DNA from: Candidatus Peribacteria bacterium
GTDB taxonomy: Bacteria > Patescibacteriota > Gracilibacteria > Peribacterales > Peribacteraceae
DNA: 64,000 nucleotides
Assembly: GCA_943350395.1 (NCBI GenBank)
Contig: CALRAD010000001.1
Span: 133,812-197,811 of the forward strand
Direction of reading: 5' to 3'
The position numbers and the translations under genes are program-made. Below are positions 1 through 8,959 of this stretch, piece by piece. The notes below the pieces were generated by a model. The model made no database searches and was not told the origin of the DNA. It saw only the letters and a list, made by a program, of their open reading frames with translations. Within the stretch, counting starts at the first letter, position 1, and every line of letters starts with the position of its first letter.

Positions 1-665
1 GCTCGCTCAAAAAAAGAAAACCGGCACTGATCGCCGAAGTGAAACCGAAATCTCCGTCGGAGGGAACACTCATGAGCCTCACAGATCTTCCAAGAATTCT
101 CCGAGTCTACAACGCCCATGCACAGGCAATCTCCGTTCTCTGCGACTCCGAAGCATTCGGGGGAGGCTACGAACTTCTCAGGATCGTTTCGTCGATGACC
201 GACCTCCCGATCCTCGCGAAGGAATTTATCGTGGATCCGAGGCAGATCAGAGCCGCAAGAAATGCCGGTGCGGACGCGATCCTTCTCATCGCCGCAATAC
301 TCACAAAGAAACAAGTGCAGGAACTTTCTGAAGAAGCTCATGCACTTGGGATGTGCGTACTCTTGGAACTGCATGACGAGCATGACATCGAAAAAATTCC
401 GACGCTTCCTGCGGAAGGATTGATCATCGGCATCAACAATAGAAACCTGAATAATCTGCAGATTGATTTGCAAACGACAGTTTCCCTCGCACCAAAGATC
501 AAAGCACTGCATCCGGAGAATCTTTTGGTTTCGGAGAGCGGCATCAAAACGGCAACAGATGTTGATACGCTCGGCAAGATCGTTGACGGCTTCCTTATCG
601 GCACAGCCTTCCTTAAAGCTGCTGATCCAAAAGCGACGATCCTCTCACTTTTTCCAAGACCATGA
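1..665 (+). CDS. trpC: indole-3-glycerol phosphate synthase, 5' end cut by window edge
   Basis: The frame stays open upstream of the listed ORF back to nt 3 (..KPALIAEVKPKSPSEG..). Motifs LAKEFIVDPRQI, GADAILLIAAIL and IGINNRNL are present. The stop overlaps the trpF start (ATGA at 662-665). Confidence 0.9.
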   Translation, partial: SLKKRKPALIAEVKPKSPSEGTLMSLTDLPRILRVYNAHAQAISVLCDSEAFGGGYELLRIVSSMTDLPILAKEFIVDPRQIRAARNAGADAILLIAAILTKKQVQELSEEAHALGMCVLLELHDEHDIEKIPTLPAEGLIIGINNRNLNNLQIDLQTTVSLAPKIKALHPENLLVSESGIKTATDVDTLGKIVDGFLIGTAFLKAADPKATILSLFPRP

Positions 666-1276
666 AAACCACCATCAAAATCTGCGGCTTCACGCAAACC
701 TCGGATGCACTGATGATCGAAGCGTTGTCCATCGATTTCGTCGGGATAAATTTCGTGCCATATTCTCCCCGCTGCGTGAGTATTGAGCGAGCTTTGGAAA
801 TCCGATCGACATTGAAACACGCGATCCCCGTGCTGATCTTCGAAAATGAAGATCTTGGAAAAGTGCTAGAAATAGCCAAAAAAATGCATTGTACACATGT
901 GCAGTTTCACGGCTCTGAAACAATCGAGAATCTTGCAAAACTTCCACTTACCGTCATCAAAGCCTATCGCTTCGTACCCGACGCTGCAGAGCTTCAAAAA
1001 GCGCTCGAGCACGTCGCATACGTTCTGGTCGACGGAACGAGAAACGGACAACTGACGGATATCGAGCGAGCCGCAATACTCCCGCAGTCGGTACGATCGA
1101 AGCTCCTGATTGCCGGCGGTTTGACTGCCGAGAATGTAGGGAACATCATCGAACGTGTCCGTCCCTTCGGCGTCGACAGCGCAAGCGGTGTCGAATCCTC
1201 GCCCGGCATCAAGGATGAGAAAAAAGTACGCGCATTCGTGAATGCGATCCGATCTGCTTCTTCTCCTACACCATGA
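662..1276 (+). CDS. trpF: phosphoribosylanthranilate isomerase
   Basis: KICGFT start and a C-terminal GVDSASGVESSPGIKD motif. ATGA overlaps on both sides (662, 1273). Confidence 0.9.
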   Translation: MKTTIKICGFTQTSDALMIEALSIDFVGINFVPYSPRCVSIERALEIRSTLKHAIPVLIFENEDLGKVLEIAKKMHCTHVQFHGSETIENLAKLPLTVIKAYRFVPDAAELQKALEHVAYVLVDGTRNGQLTDIERAAILPQSVRSKLLIAGGLTAENVGNIIERVRPFGVDSASGVESSPGIKDEKKVRAFVNAIRSASSPTP

Positions 1277-2517
1277 AATCTCTCGGTCAGTTCGGCTCAT
1301 TCGGCGGTATGTATGTCAGCGAACTTCTCGTTCCGGTTCTGTCGGACGTGGAAACCGCGTACCTCGATGTGAAGAACGATCCTGCGTTTCAGAAGGAACT
1401 AGATCGACTGCTGTCGGAATTTGCCGGACGCCCAACACCGCTCACACATGCGAAGAATCTCAGTAAGGCATTCGGATGCACGGTGCTCCTCAAGCGTGAG
1501 GATCTGCTTCACGGCGGTGCACACAAAACGAATAACGTTCTCGGGCAAGGACTGCTTGCTCTCCGTATGGGCCGCAAAGAACTGATCGCCGAAACGGGTG
1601 CCGGGCAGCACGGCACAGCGGTCGCGATGATCGGAGCACTCTTCGGGCTCCCCGTAAAAATCTTCATGGGATCGAAAGACATCAAGAGACAAGCGTCCAA
1701 TGTTGAGCGCATGCACCTGTTTGGTGCAGAAGTCATACCTGTCGAGTCTGGATCGAAATCCCTGAAAGATGCGATCAACGAAGCGCTTCGCTACTGGGTC
1801 TCTCACAGCAAGGAGACATACTACGTCTTCGGCACCGTTGCAGGCCCGCATCCGTTCCCGACGATGGTCGCAGACTTCCAACGCGTCATCGGCGACGAAG
1901 CGAGAATGCAGTGCCTTGAGCGTTTCAAGAAACTCCCGACGGTCGTCACTGCGTGCGTGGGCGGCGGGAGCAATGCGATCGGCATCTTCAAAGCATTTCT
2001 CGAAGATAAACATGTGAAACTGGTCGGCGTTGAACCTGCGGGGGAGGGACTGGAAACGAAGAAGCACGGTGCTGCACTCTGCAAAGGAACCGTCGGTTGC
2101 CTGCACGGTGCGATCAGTTATTGCCTCCAAGACAACGACGGTCAGATTCTGGAAGCACACAGTCTCTCCGCCGGACTCGATTACCCTGGTGTCGGACCAG
2201 AGCACAGCTTCCTGAAAGACAGCGGGCGAGTGCAGTACGAAGCAGTCACGGATCAGCATGCTGTGCAAGCATTTGAGTTACTGAGTAAAACTGAAGGCAT
2301 CATCCCCGCACTCGAGTCGTCGCATGCGATCGCGCAGGCGAAGAAAATCGCAACGTCTCTCTCCAAAGAAGACATTCTTCTCATCAATATCTCCGGTCGA
2401 GGTGACAAAGATATGGATCAGGTCCGGGAATATCTGTCTTCAAAGGAAAATCTCTCTTCATCAAAGGGAGCGGGATGTCTTCCCGCGGTTCCGCGTCTTA
2501 CCCCAAAACATTCATGA
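1273..2517 (+). CDS. trpB: tryptophan synthase beta chain
   Basis: Motifs GGMYVSELL, HGGAHKTNN and GGGSNAIG, and the expected 414 aa length. Confidence 0.95.
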   Translation: MKSLGQFGSFGGMYVSELLVPVLSDVETAYLDVKNDPAFQKELDRLLSEFAGRPTPLTHAKNLSKAFGCTVLLKREDLLHGGAHKTNNVLGQGLLALRMGRKELIAETGAGQHGTAVAMIGALFGLPVKIFMGSKDIKRQASNVERMHLFGAEVIPVESGSKSLKDAINEALRYWVSHSKETYYVFGTVAGPHPFPTMVADFQRVIGDEARMQCLERFKKLPTVVTACVGGGSNAIGIFKAFLEDKHVKLVGVEPAGEGLETKKHGAALCKGTVGCLHGAISYCLQDNDGQILEAHSLSAGLDYPGVGPEHSFLKDSGRVQYEAVTDQHAVQAFELLSKTEGIIPALESSHAIAQAKKIATSLSKEDILLINISGRGDKDMDQVREYLSSKENLSSSKGAGCLPAVPRLTPKHS

Positions 2518-3302
2518 ACAATCCTTATGCTGATCTTCGTGCAAATCTCAAACGACCTCTCTTCGTTCCCTTCGTCGTGATCGGTGATCCGAATCCGAAG
2601 GAATCTCTTGCCATCATCAAAACGCTGATCGCAAGTGGCGCTGATGCACTCGAGCTCGGCTTCCCCTTCTCCGATCCAACGGCTGATGGTCCGGTGATCC
2701 AAGCCGCCGACGTACGTGCTCTCGGAGCCAGAACAACGATTGACGATTGTTTCGAAGTACTGAAAAAAGTTAGACAGGATTCTTCTATCCCTATCGGTCT
2801 CCTCGTCTACTTCAATATCATTCTGCAGCGTGGAATCAAAAAATTCTATGAAGATTGCAAAGCATGCGGAGTCACCTCTGTTTTAATCGCAGATCTCCCT
2901 ACAGAACACATGCACGAGGTCAGCGATGTGGCGAAGAGGAACGGCATCCTGCAAGTCTGCATCGTAAGCGAACTCACGTCTGAAGAGAGACTCAAGACCG
3001 TACTCATGCACGCGGACGGCTACCTGTACCTCGTCTCATCGCCATCAGTGACAGGGGTGAAAGACAGCGTACTGCAGGAAAGTATTGCTGCACTGATCAC
3101 ACGTGTGCGTAGAAATACTGATCCGCCACTGTTCGTCGGCTTCGGTATTCATACTGCGTCAGATGTAACGAGCGTCGTGAAAGCAGGCGCAGACGGCGTG
3201 ATCGTCGGCAGCAGAATCGTGAAAGATATTCCGGATCTAAAACTTATCGAAGTCGCCTGCAAAGAATTACGCTCCGCCATTTCTTTCCCATCATCCGTAT
3301 GA
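2514..3302 (+). CDS. trpA: tryptophan synthase alpha chain
   Basis: FVPFVVIGDPNPKESL..GADALELGFPFSDPTADGPVIQ. The start was chosen at ATG 2514, which forms an ATGA overlap with the trpB stop. The ORF track start at 2475 is the alternative. Confidence 0.9.
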   Translation: MNNPYADLRANLKRPLFVPFVVIGDPNPKESLAIIKTLIASGADALELGFPFSDPTADGPVIQAADVRALGARTTIDDCFEVLKKVRQDSSIPIGLLVYFNIILQRGIKKFYEDCKACGVTSVLIADLPTEHMHEVSDVAKRNGILQVCIVSELTSEERLKTVLMHADGYLYLVSSPSVTGVKDSVLQESIAALITRVRRNTDPPLFVGFGIHTASDVTSVVKAGADGVIVGSRIVKDIPDLKLIEVACKELRSAISFPSSV

Positions 3303-3589
3303 CCTCCGATAAAAAAGCACTGCGAGATCTCTATGAACTCTTCTCCTCGATTGAGGACGAGAAAGAAAGCGAAATGCTCCTCAGAGACATTCTCACGCCA
3401 CAAGAACTGGAGACAATCGCAGAACGCTGGCAACTGATCCAAGCGCTCGGCAGCGGCATGTCGCAACGCGACGTCGCAAAGAAGTGCGGCGTGAGTATCA
3501 GCAAGATCACACGCGGATCGCATGAACTACAGTACGGCAGCGGTGGGTTTCGGCATTTCTTGGAGAAGCTACACATGACACGACCCTAA
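3299..3589 (+). CDS. TrpR-related YerC/YecD-family DNA-binding protein
   Basis: 96 aa with [41 protein letters not shown] (HTH). ATGA overlap with the trpA stop. Confidence 0.75.
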   Translation: MTSDKKALRDLYELFSSIEDEKESEMLLRDILTPQELETIAERWQLIQALGSGMSQRDVAKKCGVSISKITRGSHELQYGSGGFRHFLEKLHMTRP

Positions 3590-4039
3590 TCCCCTCTTCT
3601 TCAAATACTGCTGATGATAGTCTTCAGCCGGATAAAAAGTTTTCGCATCCTCGATCTGCGTGACGATCGGCTGCTTCCATGTTCCCGACTGTTCGAGTGA
3701 TTTCTTCGAAGCTTCTGCAATACTTCGCTGTTCTGGGGAATGCACGAAGATCACCGAGCGGTACTGCGATCCGAAATCCGGACCCTGCTGATTCTTTGTC
3801 GTCGGATTGTGATTCTTCCAGAATACTTCCAAGAGTTTTTCATACGCGATCAACGCAGGATCGTATGTCACCTGCACTACTTCCGCGTGACCGGTGAGGT
3901 CCGTACACACCGCTTCGTAGCTTGGATTCTCGGTCATGCCACCCGCATAACCGACAGAAGTCGCAAGCACGCCCGGAAGGACGCGAAATGTCTCTTCTAC
4001 TCCCCAGAAACAGCCTGCACCGAACGTCGCAATGCTCAT
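3569..4039 (-). CDS. msrA: peptide methionine (S)-S-oxide reductase
   Basis: N-terminal GAGCFWGVE motif, 156 aa. The 3' end overlaps the convergent TrpR-like gene by 21 nt. Confidence 0.92.
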   Translation of the reverse strand: MSIATFGAGCFWGVEETFRVLPGVLATSVGYAGGMTENPSYEAVCTDLTGHAEVVQVTYDPALIAYEKLLEVFWKNHNPTTKNQQGPDFGSQYRSVIFVHSPEQRSIAEASKKSLEQSGTWKQPIVTQIEDAKTFYPAEDYHQQYLKKRGLGSCHV

Positions 4040-4077
4040 ACACCGGCATTGTATCCGAGCTCATGATGCACGGACAT

Positions 4078-4114
4078 AAAAAAACGTCACTTCGTTTTAA
4101 ACGTCGTGACGTTT
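4078..4114 (-). terminator. putative intrinsic terminator downstream of the small basic ORF
   Basis: On the minus strand, stem AAACGTCAC/GTGACGTTT (9 bp, 15-nt loop) runs into a T tract (plus-strand A run 4078-4084). Confidence 0.45.
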
Positions 4115-4128
4115 CAGAAGGCGTCGAA

Positions 4129-4197
4129 CTAACGGCGCTTCTTCGGCTTCGACTTCGACTTCGACTTTGTCTTCTTGGTCTTTTTGGCTTTCGCCAT
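4129..4197 (-). CDS. 22-aa lysine-rich peptide (MAKAKKTKKTKSKSKSKPKKRR), hypothetical
   Basis: ATG..TAG ORF below the track cutoff. A TATAAT box lies upstream on the minus strand (plus 4232-4237) and a terminator hairpin lies downstream. No SD sequence and no homology recognised. Confidence 0.3.
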   Translation of the reverse strand: MAKAKKTKKTKSKSKSKPKKRR

Positions 4198-4831
4198 AAA
4201 TATGGAAGGGAAAAAATAAATCTTACTTAGTATTATACTCTTGATGACGTGAAAGAGAAGAGCGCAAGAAATATTTCATCACATGCGCACACGCATGATG
4301 CAGAAAAATATAAAATAGAAAAAGTAAAAAGTTTTTCTTCCAAAACTTTCAGATTTATTTTTCTCTGTTGGTCAATCTCAACATAAGCAGTGACTGATTT
4401 TGGCTTTCTGAAGCGAAATAATAATGATTAATATTTTTGCATTTCACGAAAATATTCAGTGTGCATTTTTTTGCAGCGAACAAATCGGAGAAAGTATGCA
4501 AAAAAAATTCTTCGATCGTGGTTACGAATAAAAAATTAAAAAACATTTACGCAACAAATAATTTTTATAAAAATATTTTTTTATTACATTTCTTGTAAAA
4601 AAAATAATTGCAATGAAAAAATATTTGTTGATTGAAAATATTTTCTGACGATCAGAAAAAAATTAGATTGTATATTTTGCGTGCGTCAAATTGTGATGAT
4701 CTCATCATCTTCACAATAACTATAACAAAATAGAATGTAAATTCTGCAACAACTCCGTCCATCTATGCCTTGCACGGACCTAAAGCCTCGCCCCATGATG
4801 GGGCGCACTCATTTTCCTTCTCCCCTCTCTC
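4198..4831. other. AT-rich non-coding region of about 630 bp upstream of hppA
   Basis: Runs of A/T and repeated AAAATATT motifs contrast with the roughly 50% GC flanks. The only ORF is a low-complexity 63-aa one. A 17-nt palindrome CGCCCCATGATGGGGCG sits at 4789-4805. Confidence 0.6.
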
Positions 4832-6892
4832 ATGTCCTTCGTCCAGATGCTCCTCGTCGTCATCGCCTCAGGCGTACTCGCACTGCTCTTTGCACTGCTC
4901 TTCCGCATCATCATCGGTGCGCAGCCTGCAGGCAATGACGTAATGCAGGGACTCGCGAAGAAAATTCGCATCGGCTCGATGGCGTTCCTCACGCGCGAAT
5001 ACATGGTAATCGTGCCGTTCATTGTGGTGACTGCAATCTTGATTTACATCTTCCTTGATACGGGATGGTCGAATGTCGGAACAGTCTGGGGCAAACCATT
5101 CACGGCTCTCAGCTTCATCGTCGGTGCAGTATCATCCGCACTCGCAGGCTTCATTGGCATGCGCACGGCAACGATCGCCAACGTCCGCACAGCAGAAGCT
5201 GCTCGCACGAGCATTGTGAAAGCACTGCGTGTTTCCTTCTTGAGCGGCGCGACGATGGGCCTTGCAGTCGTCGGTCTCGGTCTCATCGGATTCGTCGGCG
5301 TCTTCCTCCTCTTATTACAGTCAGTGGACGCGGCGACGGCACTCACGTCTCTCACGGGCTTCAGCTTCGGAGCATCGTGCGTCGCACTCTTCGCGCGCGT
5401 GGGCGGTGGCATCTACACGAAAGCCGCCGATGTTGGAGCGGATCTCGTTGGGAAAGTGGAAGCAGGCATTCCGGAAGATGATCCAAGAAATCCTGCCGTG
5501 ATCGCAGACAACGTCGGAGACAACGTCGGAGACGTCGCGGGCATGGGAGCAGATCTCTTCGAAAGTTACATCGGAGCAATTCTCGCCACGATGCTCGTGG
5601 GACTACATGTGAACTGGGGCACAGACACACAAAACTCAGCACTCATCTTCCCGCTGCTGGTTTCGGCAATGGGCATCGGCGCAGCCATCATTGGCATGGC
5701 GGTTGTGCGCACAAAGAATGTAGGAGGCGTGCAACGAGCACTGAAGAACGGCATGCTTCTGTCGTCTGTGCTGGCGGTTGCCGGAACGTACTGGCTCTCG
5801 ACGGTGATCCTCCCCGCAGACATCGCATGGGGAGTATTTGCCGCATCGACCGCGGGACTAATCGCTGGTGTGATCGTCGGAGGAATCACCGAGTACTACA
5901 CATCACAAATCTATAGTCCTGTTCAAAGACTTGCAGCCTCGGCAAAGACCGGTGCAGGCACGGCACTCATCGAAGGATTGGCACTCGGCTACATGTCGAC
6001 GATGCTTCCGATTCTTGTGATCTGTATCGCCATCGGTGTTGCCTATCTCGAAGCCGGACTCTACGGCATCGGCATCGGATCCGTTGGCATGCTCTCGACA
6101 CTCGCAATGACACTCGCCATCGACGCATTCGGTCCCGTTGCAGATAACGCAGGCGGCATCGCCGAGATGAGTAAGCTTCCGAAAGAAGTCAGAGAAACAA
6201 CAGACGCGCTCGATTCCGCAGGAAACACAACAGCAGCGATCGGCAAAGGATTTGCAATTGGTGTCGCTGGTTTCATGTGCTTGGCACTCTTCGGAGCTTT
6301 CAAAGAAGAATCGGGCCTTGCGGGCATCGATGTCAGTAATCCGTTCACGCTCATCGGGCTCCTGATTGGCGGGATGTTACCTTTCCTCTTCAGCTCTCTC
6401 ACCATGCGCGCAGTTGGCAGAGCGGCTATCGTTATCATCGTCGAGGTTCGTCGCCAATTCCGTGAGATCAAAGGTCTGATGCAAGGAACCGCGGAAGGAG
6501 ATCCTGCAACATGTGTTGCGATCGCCACGTCCGCTGCGATCCGCGAAATGATTCTCCCGGGACTTCTCGCGATTGTTTCTCCGGTTGTAGTCGGACTTGT
6601 GCTTGGTAAAGAAGCGCTCGGCGGCATGCTTGCAGGAGCCCTCGTCAGTTCGATCATGCTTGGCACATCGATGGCAAACAGTGGCGGAGCCTGGGACAAC
6701 GCGAAGAAATACATCGAAGCGGGAAACCATGGCGGCAAAGGCGGCGACACCCATAAAGCAGCGGTCGTCGGCGACACGGTCGGTGATCCTTTCAAGGATA
6801 CGTCCGGTCCGTCTTTGAATATCCTCGTGAAGCTGATGTCAATTGTGTCTGTGCTCACTGCAGGGCTGTATGGGACGGGACTCATTGGATAG
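4832..6892 (+). CDS. hppA: membrane-bound pyrophosphate-energised cation pump (K+-dependent type signature)
   Basis: GIPEDDPRNPAVIADNVGDNVGDVAGMGADLFESY is present. GNTTAAIGKGFAIG has Ala rather than Lys at the K+-dependence position. 686 aa and polytopic. Confidence 0.95.
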   Translation: MSFVQMLLVVIASGVLALLFALLFRIIIGAQPAGNDVMQGLAKKIRIGSMAFLTREYMVIVPFIVVTAILIYIFLDTGWSNVGTVWGKPFTALSFIVGAVSSALAGFIGMRTATIANVRTAEAARTSIVKALRVSFLSGATMGLAVVGLGLIGFVGVFLLLLQSVDAATALTSLTGFSFGASCVALFARVGGGIYTKAADVGADLVGKVEAGIPEDDPRNPAVIADNVGDNVGDVAGMGADLFESYIGAILATMLVGLHVNWGTDTQNSALIFPLLVSAMGIGAAIIGMAVVRTKNVGGVQRALKNGMLLSSVLAVAGTYWLSTVILPADIAWGVFAASTAGLIAGVIVGGITEYYTSQIYSPVQRLAASAKTGAGTALIEGLALGYMSTMLPILVICIAIGVAYLEAGLYGIGIGSVGMLSTLAMTLAIDAFGPVADNAGGIAEMSKLPKEVRETTDALDSAGNTTAAIGKGFAIGVAGFMCLALFGAFKEESGLAGIDVSNPFTLIGLLIGGMLPFLFSSLTMRAVGRAAIVIIVEVRRQFREIKGLMQGTAEGDPATCVAIATSAAIREMILPGLLAIVSPVVVGLVLGKEALGGMLAGALVSSIMLGTSMANSGGAWDNAKKYIEAGNHGGKGGDTHKAAVVGDTVGDPFKDTSGPSLNILVKLMSIVSVLTAGLYGTGLIG

Positions 6893-6912
6893 TTCGTGTA
6901 TACTCTCGACGC

Positions 6913-8331
6913 ATGTTCTCTCGCCGCACGTTTAGCTTCGCGCTCCTCAGCTGCATGCTGCTTTCTGTCGGCGGAGGGGCTCTCGCAGAACAAGCGAGTA
7001 CGTTTAACTACGATGCACAAACATTGACGATGCTGTACGAAGCATCGATCAGGAAAGACGGAAAGGACAGCTACGTCGAAAAGCGCATCATCGATGAGCG
7101 AGCAAAGGTGCGCGCACTTGCAGACCTCGAAGTAAAAACCTTGGTCGAGCCTGCTGAGAAAGATACTCAAGCGACGGAGACTGCCGCACCGACGAAAGCA
7201 GTGGATCGTCAGCGAACGATCGTCCAACTGCTCGAGGATCAGCTGAGTGACCGAAAAGCGGATCTGGAACTCTTAAAAGAAGAGGAGCAACAGTACTATA
7301 TTCGTTCATCTACTCTAGACGAGGGCGCAGATGACCTGAAGCTCACAAAAACCTATCCCGAACTTCTGGCAAAAAAAGCGGTGTTGGAGGAACGAATCGA
7401 CGCATTGGAAGCTGGGCTCGTGTTGCAGAAAGACCGACTCAGCAAATTAAACCGAACTCAGTGGCTCGATCAATTTACGACACTCATTGGATTCTTTAGC
7501 TACCTGCTCATCATCCTCGGCGCCGTGTTCCTGGAACGGATGCTCCGAAGACGCGTCGCTCGAAGATTCGAAGAGAAGGGCAGACGCTACATCGTGGCGA
7601 AATTCGTAAGCGCTGGCATCTACTCGATTGCCGCTCTGTGGATCCTTAGCAAAATTCTCTCGGATCATCCCGATGCTCTCGCCTCTCTCGCCATTGTGGG
7701 CGCCGGTATCGCCATTGCGCTGCAGGACGTCGTCAAAGACTTCATGGGGTGGATCATCATCCTTCAACGACGTCTCTATAAACTCGGAAACCGTGTCTCG
7801 ATCGGGCAGTACACGGGCGATGTCGTCGACATCGGACCGCTTCGCACCACGATGCTTGAGATCAGCGTCGGCAACACCTTCAATGCACACGAACGCACGG
7901 GGAAAATCCTCTATCTACCGAATTCTCTCGTTCTCAAAGAATCAGTTCTCAACTACAACACGACATCGGACTTCATGAGCGTCGAAGTCCAAGTAACCAT
8001 CACCTACGCAAGCAACTGGCACAAAGCTGAACAAATCCTTAGGGATGTCCTTCTGAAGCAAACAAAAGAATTTGCAGAACTTGCCCGTACCCAACAGCGG
8101 AGGAGAACGGCTCTCTTCTACACCATGTGGGAAGTCGGCGAACCCGAGATCCATGTCGATCTTGCGAGCAGCGGCGTTCTCTTCACGCTCAAGTTCATCG
8201 TCCCGATCGGCAAACGCAGATCGGTCGTCACGGCGTTATCCCGGGAAATCCTCGAACAATTTAACGCCGATCGCGAAGTGGAACTCGCCTACAACACGAT
8301 TCAGATCGTCGGTGGCAAAGAAGTAAGCTGA
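6913..8331 (+). CDS. MscS-family mechanosensitive channel with N-terminal signal peptide and coiled-coil region
   Basis: The C-terminal half has LQDVVKDFMGWIIILQRRLYKLGNRVSIGQYTGDVVDIGPLRTTMLEI, the MscS beta domain, preceded by TM helices. Confidence 0.85.
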   Translation: MFSRRTFSFALLSCMLLSVGGGALAEQASTFNYDAQTLTMLYEASIRKDGKDSYVEKRIIDERAKVRALADLEVKTLVEPAEKDTQATETAAPTKAVDRQRTIVQLLEDQLSDRKADLELLKEEEQQYYIRSSTLDEGADDLKLTKTYPELLAKKAVLEERIDALEAGLVLQKDRLSKLNRTQWLDQFTTLIGFFSYLLIILGAVFLERMLRRRVARRFEEKGRRYIVAKFVSAGIYSIAALWILSKILSDHPDALASLAIVGAGIAIALQDVVKDFMGWIIILQRRLYKLGNRVSIGQYTGDVVDIGPLRTTMLEISVGNTFNAHERTGKILYLPNSLVLKESVLNYNTTSDFMSVEVQVTITYASNWHKAEQILRDVLLKQTKEFAELARTQQRRRTALFYTMWEVGEPEIHVDLASSGVLFTLKFIVPIGKRRSVVTALSREILEQFNADREVELAYNTIQIVGGKEVS

Positions 8332-8376
8332 TAAAAATCTAAAACAATAAAAACCAAAATCCAAGACGGTGATAAC

Positions 8377-8411
8377 GTTTTGGAATTTGGATTTTTAATT
8401 TTGGAATTTCC
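8377..8411 (-). repeat. GGAAATTCCAAA-type 35-nt repeat, intergenic copy
   Basis: Minus-strand reading is GGAAATTCCAAAATTAAAAATCCAAATTCCAAAAC. Related copies lie at 36604-36636 and 56958-56994. Confidence 0.8.
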
Positions 8412-8830
8412 TACATTCGGTATTTCTCGATGTATTTCTTCAGGAGTACCTCCAGTGTTTTTTTCTCGGACGCAGAAAAAACATTCATACAATCTTTCGC
8501 ACGAACAGAAAGCAAGATCTTCAGTTGCGCACCGGCTTCGACTCCCTTCTTCGTGAGAACCAATGACGATACGCGCCGATCGTTCTCCTGCAGAGAACGA
8601 ATGATCAGCTCTTTCTTCTCCAGTCCCGAAACGACTTGGGTGATGTTGCTCTTATGACAACACATTTCTCTGCTCATTGCGGACATCGAAATCTTCCCAT
8701 CGGCAATTTTCAGGAGAATCGCTGCCTGACAATGATTGATATCGAGTGCGGAGAGCGCATCATTGAGCTCGCGCTCGCAGCAGGCTGAGGCGGCCTTGAG
8801 GGTATTGCAGAGGCAGAGCGAATCGTCCAT
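8411..8830 (-). CDS. MarR-family transcriptional regulator
   Basis: Winged-helix core: LDINHCQAAILLKIADGKISMSAMSREMCCHKSNITQVVSGLEKKELIIR..NDRRV..LTKKG. Confidence 0.8.
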   Translation of the reverse strand: MDDSLCLCNTLKAASACCERELNDALSALDINHCQAAILLKIADGKISMSAMSREMCCHKSNITQVVSGLEKKELIIRSLQENDRRVSSLVLTKKGVEAGAQLKILLSVRAKDCMNVFSASEKKTLEVLLKKYIEKYRM

Positions 8831-8878
8831 GACTGAACGATCATACCATAACCGGAAAAATCACCGACCACCAAAACC

Positions 8879-8923
8879 CAGCGTAGCCTTCCAGGCTGCG
8901 TCGCGGCTTGGAAAGCCGCGCTA
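8879..8923 (+). repeat. 45-nt double-hairpin repeat, family A copy 1
   Basis: CAGCGTAGCCTTCCAGGCTGCGTCGCGGCTTGGAAAGCCGCGCTA. It aligns position-for-position with the copies at 16276-16320 and 44694-44738. Confidence 0.85.
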
Positions 8924-8959
8924 GTTTCCTTGGGATCTCTGCTCTGATACCCTTCGACT

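Noticed and set aside
4355-4546. 63-aa minus-strand ORF inside the AT-rich region
   Set aside because: The composition is driven by AT richness (F/N/K/I-rich). No start context or homology was recognised.
6061-7227. 388-aa minus-strand ORF overlapping hppA and the MscS-like gene
   Set aside because: It is antisense to two genes with unmistakable family motifs. Its composition is Ser/Pro/Ala/Arg-rich, typical of shadow ORFs.
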